A stretch of DNA of 64,000 nt from Candidatus Cloacimonadales bacterium (GCA_963662585.1 OY759729.1:2336001-2400000); one strand, 5' to 3'; numbered from the stretch's first letter, positions 41,395 through 51,766 are shown. Notes: generated by a model from the sequence alone, not told the origin. Numbers and translations: made by a program.

Positions 41395-42134
41395 AGATTA
41401 ATACTTTTTAAATAAATATCCTTGTGTAAGGAATGAGATAAGTGAGATAGCAATATTTCATTTATCTCTTTTTTTGTCTTTTCATCTATGTTAATAACAT
41501 CTAGCACCTTGCCAATGGTAGGAAGTTGTTTAAGGAGAAGTTGAGCTTCTTGGGAGATTCGTTTAGTTTTATGGGCAATTGCGCAATCAGAACAGATCAT
41601 AGCGTGATTATCTAAAGAATAAAAGACTCTTTGGGTGAATAGCTCATGGCATTCAGAGCATTCCAAAAGATTAAAAGGGATTCCTATAATATGATAATAG
41701 TGGATGATAAAACGCCAAAAAATAGCAATATGATTTCTTTTGATAGTAGGAAGAAAGGTCAGATAAGTAAGTAAGAGTCGGAAAAGTTTAACAAAATCCT
41801 CTTCCAGATAATTCTCAATTTTGGTAAAGAGTTCGACTCCAGCACTTTGATACTTAAATGTTTCATAATTACTTACATCAGCTAAAGAGCTGATTAACTG
41901 GGCATTCTTAACTAAGAAAATATCACTGTTCATTGCTTGGGAAAGCTCTAAATTAAGATAGTTAAGATTGCTTATTGTTCCCGAAAGTGTACTTTTTTTG
42001 TTGGTTAATCCTCTCACAGAACATTGAATTACACCATATTCTGGGGTTAAGAATCTAAAAATAGCGTGACTTTCCTTATACTTGATTACTCTAAGAACTA
42101 TTCCTTCACAGGTAAGTTCCTTAGGTTTACTCAT
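41391..42134 (-). CDS. recO: DNA repair protein RecO
   Basis: EGIVLRVIKYKESH OB-fold start, CSEC...CSDC zinc finger, LKS ending. Confidence 0.88.
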   Translation of the reverse strand: MSKPKELTCEGIVLRVIKYKESHAIFRFLTPEYGVIQCSVRGLTNKKSTLSGTISNLNYLNLELSQAMNSDIFLVKNAQLISSLADVSNYETFKYQSAGVELFTKIENYLEEDFVKLFRLLLTYLTFLPTIKRNHIAIFWRFIIHYYHIIGIPFNLLECSECHELFTQRVFYSLDNHAMICSDCAIAHKTKRISQEAQLLLKQLPTIGKVLDVINIDEKTKKEINEILLSHLSHSLHKDIYLKSINL

Positions 42135-43593
42135 TAGTTATCCCTAAAATAGTCATAGCATCTCTATAATCAAGAGGGTTAACGAAGAGAGTTTTTTGAT
42201 TTTTGTAAGTAACATATCCGGGAGCTGAACCACGGGGTTTTCTCACGAACCTAATCTGAGTATAATCCACAGGAACATTTTCAGATTTCTTAGCTCTACT
42301 GTAATAGGCTGCTAATTGGGCACATAATATTCTATATTTATCAGGGAGTTGCTTATTGGCATAATTCCTTAGAACAACATGAGTTCCTTGGAACACCCTA
42401 GTATGGAACCACCAATCCCTTCCTTTAGCAACTTTACAGGTTAAAAGGTCATTTTCTGTTGAAGAACGCCCGATGAATATCTCCCAGTTATCATCTATCT
42501 TAAGTCTTCTAAAATGGATTTTAGTATCTGTTTGCCTCTTACTAATCTGTTTTGCTGAAGAGAGTTCAACTAACTCTAAATAGTTCTCTTCTTCATTGAT
42601 ATTCGCTATATCATCCTCAAAATCTGCAATCTCTTCTTTTGTTTTTTCTATCTGTTCAGCAATTAATTTTTGACCCACTTTAGCTTTTTTATATTTCTTA
42701 AAATAGTAGTTACTGTTGTCTATAGGACTTTTGTCTTCACTAAGGGGAATAATTATTTCGGGGAAATCAGGAAGATAGTAGTTAGGAAGTTTTATCTCTT
42801 TCATTCCTTTCTTAATTATATGAATAGATGATTTGAGAAGTTCAGCATAATGTAGCCATTTCTCTTCATCTTGTGCCGTTAAAAGCTCAATTTCTTGCTT
42901 CTTGAGTTTTTTGGTAGCCTTATTCAATTTACTATTCAAATTGCTGAGTAAGTTCTTTTTTAACTCCTTTGACTTCTTAGTTATTATTCCATTATAGTAG
43001 AAGCTCTCAAAAAGATCGTTAATGTTATCAAATCCACTTTCTAAACCCTCAGTAATTTTCCCCTCAATAATATCAATAGGGTATTCAACTTTATCAGTTT
43101 GAGGTGTGAAATTAGTGATAGGTGCTTGCCACTCCATTTTAGGAATAATTTGTCTCTGATTGTTTTCTGCAAAACTAAACTTTTTCAAAGAATCAATTAT
43201 AATTAACTTTTCATTAATGTTTTCACACAGAATAATATTCTCAAAATTAGCTGCAAATTCACATATAAGCACGAGCTTCTTTGTCTCATTATAAATATCA
43301 GTCTTTTCCATTTTGATAAGAAATATTCTATCTCCCTCTAATATTTCAAGGGATGATATCATCGCTTTATTCATATTCTGATTAAAGAGGTTAAGATTTT
43401 TCTCTTCTACCCAAGGAAGTAAATCATTGTCAGTGCTGAATATAAATGAGTTCCCTTGATTAAGGGAAATTTGCAATTTTACTTTTGTTTTAAAAAAAGT
43501 TAGCAAATACTGATCTTGATACTTTTGCAAACTCTTAATTTCTAGGCCAATTAATTTATTATTATTAAGTTCTTTTAGATATTTATACTTCAT
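42127..43593 (-). CDS. rqcH: NFACT-family protein (RqcH/FbpA)
   Basis: YFKKYKK, GRSSTEND, DWWFH, GTHV, LAAYYS, VPVDYT, VRKPRGSAPGYVTY. Confidence 0.88.
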   Translation of the reverse strand: MKYKYLKELNNNKLIGLEIKSLQKYQDQYLLTFFKTKVKLQISLNQGNSFIFSTDNDLLPWVEEKNLNLFNQNMNKAMISSLEILEGDRIFLIKMEKTDIYNETKKLVLICEFAANFENIILCENINEKLIIIDSLKKFSFAENNQRQIIPKMEWQAPITNFTPQTDKVEYPIDIIEGKITEGLESGFDNINDLFESFYYNGIITKKSKELKKNLLSNLNSKLNKATKKLKKQEIELLTAQDEEKWLHYAELLKSSIHIIKKGMKEIKLPNYYLPDFPEIIIPLSEDKSPIDNSNYYFKKYKKAKVGQKLIAEQIEKTKEEIADFEDDIANINEEENYLELVELSSAKQISKRQTDTKIHFRRLKIDDNWEIFIGRSSTENDLLTCKVAKGRDWWFHTRVFQGTHVVLRNYANKQLPDKYRILCAQLAAYYSRAKKSENVPVDYTQIRFVRKPRGSAPGYVTYKNQKTLFVNPLDYRDAMTILGITNE

Positions 43594-43713
43594 AAAATCT
43601 CCTCAATCTTTACATAAAATTAACTGAAAAAAATGTCAAATTATTTCTTGACACTAGTGCTATTCCTATTATAGTATTATTATTAATAATATATTCACTT
43701 AAAAGGAGAGAAA

Positions 43714-44607
43714 ATGAAAGCGATAAACATCATTTTAATTGTATTAATTGTTGTTTCTGCTGTATTAGCGGGATTGTTGGTATCTTCCTCAAACAAATTA
43801 GGGAAGCATGATGCTGTTGTAAAAAGTTATGAAGAAAGAATTTCTGAACTTGAACTAGCTCATAACAATATGCTTGATGAAAGAGATAATTTAATGCAAA
43901 CTATTACAGATTTGCAACAAAAAGAGAAAAACTATCTTAGGGTTCAAGAACAGCTTTATGAAATAGCTGAAATAACTAAATCTAATAAGATGTCTTCTGC
44001 AAATGTAGAGTTAGATCCTAATTATACAACTAATCAATCTTTGGAAACTTTAGAAAAGAACCAAAATGAGCTCAAGAAATTGAGAAATGAAAGAGGACTT
44101 CTTTATAGTGAGATTAATTCTCTTAAAAAGGATTTAAACTCTTCTAATGCAGATAAAGAGAAGATTCAAGCTCAAATAGACAGATTACAAGCTGAAATTG
44201 ATAGAACAGATGTAATGATTGCTAATCTAGAACAATCTATTACTAAAAATCAAGCTCTTATTGCTAAGCAAGAACAAGAGATTAATACTATTTATTTCGT
44301 AATTGGTACAAAAGAGCAGTTAAGAGAAATGGGCATTACTTCCAAAGAGGGTGGTGTTTTATGGGGACTTCTTGGTTCTACTGAAATCGTAAGAAATGAT
44401 TTCAAAAATGATAAGTTCACTCCTAAGAATTTAGCAGAGAATGATGAAATTGAAATTAATGCCTATATTGATAATATCAATATTCATACTAAACAACATA
44501 AATCTGCTTATGAATTAGTTGAAGTAAGTAAAGATATTACTGTTCTTAAAGTTAAAGACCATGAACAGTTTAGAAAAGATAAACATCTTGTTATTGAAAT
44601 AAACTAA
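43714..44607 (+). CDS. membrane-anchored coiled-coil hypothetical protein
   Basis: N-terminal TM helix, long heptad region, YFVIGTKEQL...KEGG C-terminal domain. Confidence 0.8.
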   Translation: MKAINIILIVLIVVSAVLAGLLVSSSNKLGKHDAVVKSYEERISELELAHNNMLDERDNLMQTITDLQQKEKNYLRVQEQLYEIAEITKSNKMSSANVELDPNYTTNQSLETLEKNQNELKKLRNERGLLYSEINSLKKDLNSSNADKEKIQAQIDRLQAEIDRTDVMIANLEQSITKNQALIAKQEQEINTIYFVIGTKEQLREMGITSKEGGVLWGLLGSTEIVRNDFKNDKFTPKNLAENDEIEINAYIDNINIHTKQHKSAYELVEVSKDITVLKVKDHEQFRKDKHLVIEIN

Positions 44608-44612
44608 TTTTA

Positions 44613-44864
44613 TAAAGAAGGATAAATTCTATCCCGAAAGTGATTAGTTAAAGAATTAAAGGGTTACTGAATATTCAGTAGCCCTTTTTTGGTATTTAAA
44701 TTTGTTCAGTCCTAAATAATTTGACTGATTTATGAAATTAAAGAAGGATAAATTCTATCCCGAAAGTGATTAGTTAAAGAATTAAAGGGTTACTGAATAT
44801 TCAGTAGCCCTTTTTTGGTATTTAAATTTGTTCAGTCCTAAATAATTTGACTGATTTATGAAAT
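44613..44864 (+). repeat. exact 126-bp tandem duplication including a bidirectional terminator
   Basis: 44613-44738 equals 44739-44864; each copy carries aaagggttactgaatattcagtagcccttttt. Confidence 0.95.
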
Positions 44865-44879
44865 TATTGTTTTTTACTA

Positions 44880-45518
44880 TTAAACCCCTTGTTTATTAGG
44901 ATCCCAGATATATTTATGAATTTGGAGTTGGAATCGTACATTCAATTTATCTTCTACAATCCACGAAACTAAAATATTGGGAGCAATCTTATCAAAAACA
45001 GGGGAGAAGAGAATCTTTCTCCCAAGCAAGTTGTTTTCAAAGATGAATTCCTTACTCCAAAGATAATCATCATAGTCTGATACTACAAACTTTAGTTCAT
45101 CGTCAGCGTTCATATAGTCTAAATTTGACATACAGAAACTATTCTTTGAACCGCTTTTAATAGTCTTTACATCAATGATTTTATGGACTCTAGGGTCTAT
45201 TTTATCTAAAGGTAGGGAGCCATTTGTTTCTAAAAGAACCTTATAGTTATTTTTCAATAGTTCACTTATTAAATCAGTAACTTCAGCTTGTAGGAGAGGC
45301 TCGCCTCCAGTAATTTCAACTAATTTAACAGGATGGTATTTCCTGATTTCATCTAAAATATTTTCTATATTTAAGGAATAGTTGGCTTTGTAACTATACT
45401 GAGTATCACAATAATTACAGCGTAAATTACACTCGGCAAAGCGAATAAATATGCAGGGATATCCAATATAAGAAGACTCACCTTGGATGCTACAGAATAT
45501 TTCTATCAATTTTATCAT
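44880..45518 (-). CDS. queE: 7-carboxy-7-deazaguanine synthase (radical SAM)
   Basis: EIFCSIQGE, CNLRCNYCDT, TGGEPL, LETNG, QLQIHK. Confidence 0.9.
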   Translation of the reverse strand: MIKLIEIFCSIQGESSYIGYPCIFIRFAECNLRCNYCDTQYSYKANYSLNIENILDEIRKYHPVKLVEITGGEPLLQAEVTDLISELLKNNYKVLLETNGSLPLDKIDPRVHKIIDVKTIKSGSKNSFCMSNLDYMNADDELKFVVSDYDDYLWSKEFIFENNLLGRKILFSPVFDKIAPNILVSWIVEDKLNVRFQLQIHKYIWDPNKQGV

Positions 45519-45537
45519 TTGTGTATTCTTTTATTTG

Positions 45538-46749
45538 TTAGTGTTTTGGTAAATATGGAAATGTCTTGTGGTAGTCTAAGAAACTATTAATATATGAGGT
45601 AAGTTTTCTAAAGTCTCCTATGACAAATTTTTCTCTTTCTCCAACCTTATAGAAGGAGTATTCGTTAGGATCTACCTGAAAGTTAGATAGATATTGAGCA
45701 TCACCTAAAAGTGGTTTATGATTGTGTAGTAATAGTTTAATGTTTTCCGCTTTAGCAAAGATAATATTATCAAAAGGGTCATCATAATTTTTATCTAGAG
45801 CTAATAATTCAGCAGATGATTCTTCTAAAGAACCATATTGACAAGGTAATTTAAGTGCCTTTGCTGCATTAGAAGTAACCATTTGGAAGATCTCTTTGCT
45901 TGTTACTTCAGGGAAGTTGTCTTTACTGAATTTCATCTCTGCGAAGAGATTTATGCTTCCTGAAAGAGTGGAATCAGTACCTAAAACAACATTAGTTTTC
46001 TGCTCTAAACAACTTATAATATTAAGGTGTTTGCCGATAAGATTCTCATTTGAGCTAGGGCACCAACAAACAGTTGCACCTGCTTCAGAAATTTCTTTAA
46101 TTTCACTTTCTTTCAATGCAATTCCATGAATCATAATAGTATTACTTGCCAAGAGCTTGCGAGCTTTAAGATCGGTAAATTCTTGAGCAGTAATATCATC
46201 TATACCTTCACCAAGATGTATGATAAAGGGCTTCTTTCCAGCAGCTTTAGCAAACTCCTCTTCAGCACTTTCTCCACCCCACCAATTACCCAGAGGGAGA
46301 GAGTGGCATTGTGTAAAATCTTCTATTACATTAATAGGAAAGTTTTTATAGTACTCAGAAGTTTGGTTTGGGGCATGGTCTTGGACAGCTACAACCCCTG
46401 AAAAGAGGTTCTTATATACTCCTAATTCACATAAGGTTAATTCTTTTTTATGGGTAAGTACAAATGAACCATCATTAACCCAGTACTTATTTCTGTCTAA
46501 GTAAGTAGGATGATTTTTCATAGCATCCACCCAAATATGGGAATTAGCAAATTTCTCTTGAGTAGTGGCTGTTGGATACCAATTACCAACTAAATGATCA
46601 TGAGAATTTATTAATGCTGGATAAATGATTGTGTTTTGGAATAATAAGTCACCCTTACTCTCTCTATTATACTTTGAATTAACAAGGATAGAAGAGTTTT
46701 CTTGGATATTATTAACCGAAAACACAATCTTATCAGCAATAAATTTCAT
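45538..46749 (-). CDS. metal-dependent amidohydrolase
   Basis: PALINSHDHL, IHLGEG, IHG, CPSSN, LGTDS. Confidence 0.88.
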   Translation of the reverse strand: MKFIADKIVFSVNNIQENSSILVNSKYNRESKGDLLFQNTIIYPALINSHDHLVGNWYPTATTQEKFANSHIWVDAMKNHPTYLDRNKYWVNDGSFVLTHKKELTLCELGVYKNLFSGVVAVQDHAPNQTSEYYKNFPINVIEDFTQCHSLPLGNWWGGESAEEEFAKAAGKKPFIIHLGEGIDDITAQEFTDLKARKLLASNTIMIHGIALKESEIKEISEAGATVCWCPSSNENLIGKHLNIISCLEQKTNVVLGTDSTLSGSINLFAEMKFSKDNFPEVTSKEIFQMVTSNAAKALKLPCQYGSLEESSAELLALDKNYDDPFDNIIFAKAENIKLLLHNHKPLLGDAQYLSNFQVDPNEYSFYKVGEREKFVIGDFRKLTSYINSFLDYHKTFPYLPKH

Positions 46750-46750
46750 T

Positions 46751-47938
46751 CTATTCAGCTTTTTTTAACTTTTTAATGATTAAAGGAATAATTTCAAATA
46801 AATCTCCAACAATACCTAAGTCTGCTACTCTAAATATAGGAGCTTCAGGATCTTTATTGATTGCTATGATATAGTCTGCTGAAGACATTCCGGCAAGATG
46901 TTGAATAGCTCCAGAAATACCTACAGCAATATAGATTGAAGGTTTTACTGTTTTACCTGTTTGACCTACTTGATGTGGGTAAGATATCCATTCGTTATCT
47001 ACAGCTGCTCTAGAAGCTCCAACAGCTCCACCAAGAAGTCCTGCTAACTCTTCTAAAATTTTAAAATTCTCAGCATTCTTTAAGCCTCTACCACCAGCTA
47101 CAATAATATTTGCATCGACGATGTTAGCTAAAGAACCTTCTTCCTTAACTTTTTTTATAAATTTAGTTAATCTTTCAGCAATATCTAATTCTAATTTTTC
47201 TTCAATCAATTTTCCTGTTTTGGAAGTATCCATCTTGAGAGGGTCCATAACTTTATAGCGAACTGTCGCCATTTGTGGTCTATGGTTAGGAGTTTCAATT
47301 CTTGCCATAATATTTCCACCAAAAGCAGGACGGGTTTGAATAAGATTAGTAGTAGTTGGATCTATTTTTAAACCAGTACAATCTGCAGTTAAACCTGCGT
47401 TCATGGCAGTAGCAACTCTTGGTAAGAATGATCTTCCTGTATTTGTTGCTCCAGTTAAAATTATTTCAGGTTTGTATTTCTTTACTAATTGTTGCATAGC
47501 TTGGGCATAGAGATCATCTGTGAAATCTTCTAGGAGAGGGTCATCTATAACAATAACTTCTTCTGCACCATGATAGTATAATTTATTAACTAAATCTCCA
47601 ACTTTATGTCCAAAAAGAATAGCTGTTAACTTAGATTCTCTATCTTCAGCTAATTCTTTTCCTTTACCAAGAAGCTCATAAACAACTGGAGCTATATCTT
47701 TGTCTTGTTGTTCAGCAAAAACCCAAACACCTCTATAATCATCTTTGTTAATAGTTGACTGTGTAGCTTTTCTGATAAAAATTGCTTCAAAAGGACAAGC
47801 TGAAACACAAGCTCCACAAAGTACACATTTATCTGCATTAATCTCTGCTACTTTATCAGTAATTGTGATTGCTCCATAGGCACAGGCTCTCAAACACTTC
47901 CCACAACCTACACATTTCTCTCTAATTACTTCAATCAT
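46751..47938 (-). CDS. etfA: electron transfer flavoprotein alpha subunit with N-terminal 2x[4Fe-4S] domain
   Basis: CVGCGKC...C and CVLCGACVSACP; GLTADCT, RPAFGGN, QVGQTG, GISGAIQH. Confidence 0.95.
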   Translation of the reverse strand: MIEVIREKCVGCGKCLRACAYGAITITDKVAEINADKCVLCGACVSACPFEAIFIRKATQSTINKDDYRGVWVFAEQQDKDIAPVVYELLGKGKELAEDRESKLTAILFGHKVGDLVNKLYYHGAEEVIVIDDPLLEDFTDDLYAQAMQQLVKKYKPEIILTGATNTGRSFLPRVATAMNAGLTADCTGLKIDPTTTNLIQTRPAFGGNIMARIETPNHRPQMATVRYKVMDPLKMDTSKTGKLIEEKLELDIAERLTKFIKKVKEEGSLANIVDANIIVAGGRGLKNAENFKILEELAGLLGGAVGASRAAVDNEWISYPHQVGQTGKTVKPSIYIAVGISGAIQHLAGMSSADYIIAINKDPEAPIFRVADLGIVGDLFEIIPLIIKKLKKAE

Positions 47939-48250
47939 ATTTTCTCCATTATATTTTTATCTAATATTTACTTTTATTTTGCGGGCAATTTATATAACTT
48001 CCCTTATAATCAACATTGTATAATTTTGTAAAATTAGGCAAGTATTTTTTTTATTTTTTTCAAGATCCCACCTACTGCGCAGGCACCCTTCTTTTCTAGA
48101 GGGGACTTAAAAGAGCACAGAAGGAGAACTTTAAACGCCCTTTTTTAGTGCAGAAAGCACACTAAAAGAAGGTAGTCTCTGCTTTAGACTTGGCCCAAAC
48201 CTGGCTGGCATCTTTATACGACTGGGTGTTTTTCCTAACCTTCAAGCTTG

Positions 48251-48418
48251 TAACCCAAATAATGCAGTAGATCTTTTAGAATAGCACTATATTCATTTGC
48301 TAAAGCATTTTACATAATTTATCAGAGTATATATATTATAGGCTGATAAATTATGTAAAACCTTTATCTAAAAGAATCTGCACTCTTCTGTAAAGCTCTT
48401 CTGCACCATTCGGGTTTA
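48251..48418. mobile_element. MITE-like palindromic element
   Basis: Imperfect terminal IRs (TAACCCAAATAATGCAGTAGATCTTT versus reverse complement TAAACCCGAATGGTGCAGAAGAGCTTT); perfect internal 18-bp IR 48308-48325/48343-48360; left end recurs at 33155-33190. Confidence 0.6.
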
Positions 48419-48451
48419 AATTAAGAGAATATCAAATTTTTATAAGGTATT

Positions 48452-48497
48452 TCGCAAGCAAGGGTGCATGCAATCCGACAGAAGAGGTCTTATCACA
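48452..48497 (+). repeat. left arm of ~46-bp inverted repeat pair 2 (partner 50679-50723)
   Basis: tcgcaagcaagggtgcatgcaatccgacagaagaggtcttatcaca matches the reverse complement of 50679-50723 with 3 mismatches and 1 indel. Confidence 0.9.
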
Positions 48498-48623
48498 TTC
48501 CAAAATTCTGTTAAACCAAGTATTAAGGTTCTTTCCTTACTCTTGAAAATCTTCTTTATCAGTGAAATCTATGTAATCAGTGGATTTATAGTCTTTGAAT
48601 TTTTCTTCTCATCTCCAGCCATC

Positions 48624-50381
48624 TTATCCCCAGAAATGCAGAAGCAAGGGAACACCTAAGAAAAGATTAATAATCATTAGGCCTAAGCCAACTCTCCAAT
48701 AATCACTATATTTATAACCTCCAGGCCCCATCACTAGGGTATTTGCTTGATGACCAATTGGAGTAAGAAAGGCTGAACAAGCACCAACTGCAACAGTCAT
48801 AAGATATAAATCAGGTGATAATGATTGAGTTCTAGCCAATTCTAAAGCAATAGGGGCTAGGATAATGGCTGCTGTAGCATTATGTAAAAGATTTGTTATG
48901 AGCATCGTTAAGAACAGTAACATTCCTACAATGAACCAAGGTGCTGAAAAAGAGGTTATAGACATTAGTAATCTACTGATATGGTCGGCAGCTCCAGAAG
49001 AAATCATAGCTCTTCCTAGTGGAATTAATGCTCCAATCATAACAATTACAGACCAATCTACAGCCTTATATACATCTCGATAAGGGATTATGTCAAAGAG
49101 AACAAGCAATAAGGCCACTAAAGGGAATGCAATATGAACAGGTAAAATTCTAAAAAATACCAGTGAAATTCCTAACCCGAAAAGCAACGAGTAAATAAGT
49201 GTTTTTCGACTATCAGCTAACATATTACCTGCTTGTGTTAATGCCATACAGCCAAGATCAACTATCTGTTCAGGTAGTCTTACTGTATTTCCTTGGATTA
49301 ATAAGACATCACCTGGACTAATTTGTTGTTGATAGATCCTTTTTGTTTTATATTTATTGCTTCCAGTTTTTGCTAAGAGGGCAATATCATATTTTTCTCT
49401 GAGTTTAAGGTCAATAGCTTTTTTCCCTATAATTGGTGAATCTTTCATAACAACAATTTCTATCATTGAAAGATTTTTATCTTTTAATTCATCGATAATA
49501 GGGAGATCTTCAGTCATTAGCATTAAATTATTATCTTCAATAAAAGATTTCAAATCTTCAGAATGAGCTTCAATCATGAGAATATCAAAGAGCTTCACTG
49601 TTTCGTTCAAACTTATATGGTGAAGATATTTTAAATCTCTAATTATGCCAATTACATCAATTTGATAAATATCACTCTCACTTAGCTCTTTAAGAGTCTT
49701 TCCTATTAATCTAGACTCTTTATGAACTAGTAATTCTGTGCAATAGTCCTCAATTTGATTAGTTTCTTCTAATTTGACTGGACTCTTTATTTTGGGCAAG
49801 AATCTCCAACCTATTAAACTTAAGTAGATTATTCCGAAGATTGCTAAAAAGATACTGACTTTAAAAAAATCAAAAAGATGAAAGGACGAACCAAAACTCT
49901 CTTTCCTAATAGAAGAAACAATAATGTTAGGAGATGAACCGACTAGTGTTAGCATTCCACCAAGAAGAGTTGCAAATGCTAATGGCATGAGAATCAAAGT
50001 AGGAGATTGATTTCTTTTCTTAGCTAATTTTATTGAAATAGGCATGATAACATTAACATTATTCATGAATGCTGATACTATAGTTGTTAAAATCGATAAA
50101 GGGAAGATTAAACTTATTGGAGTTTTACCAAACCAATTTAATTTTCTAACTATCCAATCCAGTAAACCACTATATTGCATCCCCTTACCAATAATCATGA
50201 TTGCAACTACTGTAACTACAGCAGGATTGGAAAATCCTAAAAAAGCACTGTTTATTGGTATAACTCCAGTAATAGCAATAATGAATAAGCCTAGTAAAGC
50301 TACAAAATCATAACGAATTTTATCCCATAAAAACATTATTAATAAAAATATAAGTGTAAAATAAACAATAATTTGATCCAT
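48624..50381 (-). CDS. SLC13/DASS-family permease with two TrkA-C domains
   Basis: GFSNPAV, SAFMNN, LGGMLTLVGSSPN, FLTPIGHQANTLVMGPGGY..SDY. Confidence 0.92.
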   Translation of the reverse strand: MDQIIVYFTLIFLLIMFLWDKIRYDFVALLGLFIIAITGVIPINSAFLGFSNPAVVTVVAIMIIGKGMQYSGLLDWIVRKLNWFGKTPISLIFPLSILTTIVSAFMNNVNVIMPISIKLAKKRNQSPTLILMPLAFATLLGGMLTLVGSSPNIIVSSIRKESFGSSFHLFDFFKVSIFLAIFGIIYLSLIGWRFLPKIKSPVKLEETNQIEDYCTELLVHKESRLIGKTLKELSESDIYQIDVIGIIRDLKYLHHISLNETVKLFDILMIEAHSEDLKSFIEDNNLMLMTEDLPIIDELKDKNLSMIEIVVMKDSPIIGKKAIDLKLREKYDIALLAKTGSNKYKTKRIYQQQISPGDVLLIQGNTVRLPEQIVDLGCMALTQAGNMLADSRKTLIYSLLFGLGISLVFFRILPVHIAFPLVALLLVLFDIIPYRDVYKAVDWSVIVMIGALIPLGRAMISSGAADHISRLLMSITSFSAPWFIVGMLLFLTMLITNLLHNATAAIILAPIALELARTQSLSPDLYLMTVAVGACSAFLTPIGHQANTLVMGPGGYKYSDYWRVGLGLMIINLFLGVPLLLHFWG

Positions 50382-50678
50382 TAAATCTCCTATATAAAAA
50401 AAATAACTCTTATAAATTCCTTAGCAACTATTATTTCCTTTTAGTGAATATTTTAAAGAAGTCATATCGCACTAATATTGATATTGTAGCATATATTATT
50501 GAAGTTAAGTATAGCCAAGAAAGATAGCAATCATTCTAAACTATACAATGTTTCTTTGTTGTTCCAATGCTCAATTACTACTCCTTATTACTCTTCTTAA
50601 TAATTATCTGAAATCTGTATGGGATGACAGTTTTGGAGCAAAGCAAGACCAGTGGAAAGTGGTTAAGAACTAAGAACT

Positions 50679-50723
50679 TGTGATAAGACCTCTTCTACCG
50701 GATTGCATGCACCTTGCATGCGA
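50679..50723 (-). repeat. right arm of inverted repeat pair 2
   Basis: See 48452-48497. Confidence 0.9.
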
Positions 50724-50728
50724 CAGGA

Positions 50729-51397
50729 TGTTTTAATTCCCCCTCCGTGAGGGGGACACAGGGGGTGTTTTCTTCTATGGAGTGGAAGCGTCTCTGCTTC
50801 CATTAACTGGGGTTACGGACCTTTAGTCCGTGAATCTTAAATTATGGAATGGAAGCGTCCCTGCTTCCATCAGGCTGTATTTCAGCCTGTTCTTATCTTT
50901 TCTGGCGACGCGGAGGTCCCCAGTCCATAGGCCCCTGTTTCCATTAACTGGGGTTACGGACCTTTAGTCCGTGAATCTTAAACTCCCCTCTTTAGTTCTG
51001 AAAGCACGCTAAAAGAGGGGTAGCTGCGAAGCAGCTCTTAACTGGGAAAGTGAGCATCCTGCTCGCACCACGCAGTAGCGTGGTAGATTACTTTATTTCT
51101 GGGATTTCCTGAAATTTAAGCAGTTTAAACACTATTCATCTGTTACTTATCAATTCACAGCGGAGAGAATCTCCACAATCCGACAGAAGAGGGATTATCA
51201 TAATCTTAAACTCCTCTCATTATTGATTAACTGGGGTTACGGACCTTTAGTCCGTGAATCTTAAATTCCCCTCTTTAGTGCTGAAAGCACGCTAAAAGAG
51301 GGGTGGCTGCGAAGCAGACGGGGTGTTTTAAATCCCCCTCCGTGAGGGGGACACAGGGGGTGTTCTCTTCTATGGAGTGGAAGCGTCTCTGCTTCCA
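50729..51397. repeat. mosaic of REP-like palindromic modules (BIME-like)
   Basis: 74-bp unit x2 (50729, 51324); exact 40-bp unit x3 (50802, 50943, 51226); ~50-bp unit x2 (50984, 51267); TGGAGTGGAAGC..GCTTCCA x3 here and again at 57098. Confidence 0.9.
51160..51190 (+). repeat. left arm of 31-bp inverted repeat pair 3 (partner 57209-57239)
   Basis: gcggagagaatctccacaatccgacagaaga matches the reverse complement of 57209-57239 at 29/31. Confidence 0.9.
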
Positions 51398-51738
51398 CAT
51401 TAGACAATGCTTGTGATTCCATATTGAAAAATATCATCTCCTTATATATATAAAGATATATAATACATTGAAAGGATCCAGTCTGGTTAAAATATAGGCC
51501 TATGGTAATAGACCCCTGCTGTTTTTGATGTGGGCTTATAGCAATAAGTCCCTACATTTTTTAGAAATTTTACTGTATTCAAAAACAAAACTATACTTTA
51601 AAAGAAGACTAAAACTTAAAATATTAAAAAAAATATGAAAAAAGTTTTATCCTAGTTAAATAACTATTTATCAGTTATTAAAAAAAGACTAATGTCAAGG
51701 CCTTTACTATAAAAAATTAAAAGAAGTAAAAAAAGGTA

Positions 51739-51766
51739 TTGACAAGAAAGCAGCTTCCCATAGTTT
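51739..51766 (+). promoter_or_regulatory. rRNA operon promoter
   Basis: TTGACA-16 nt-TAGTTT with A-rich UP region; boxA-like GATCTTTGAATA at ~51813. Confidence 0.75.

Noticed and set aside
48308..48360. dif/Xer site
   Set aside because: TTATGTAAAA resembles a XerD arm, but the 11-6-11 geometry is absent.
50802..51265. CRISPR array from the three exact 40-bp repeats
   Set aside because: Spacing is irregular (141 and 283 bp) and the intervals consist of other repeats.
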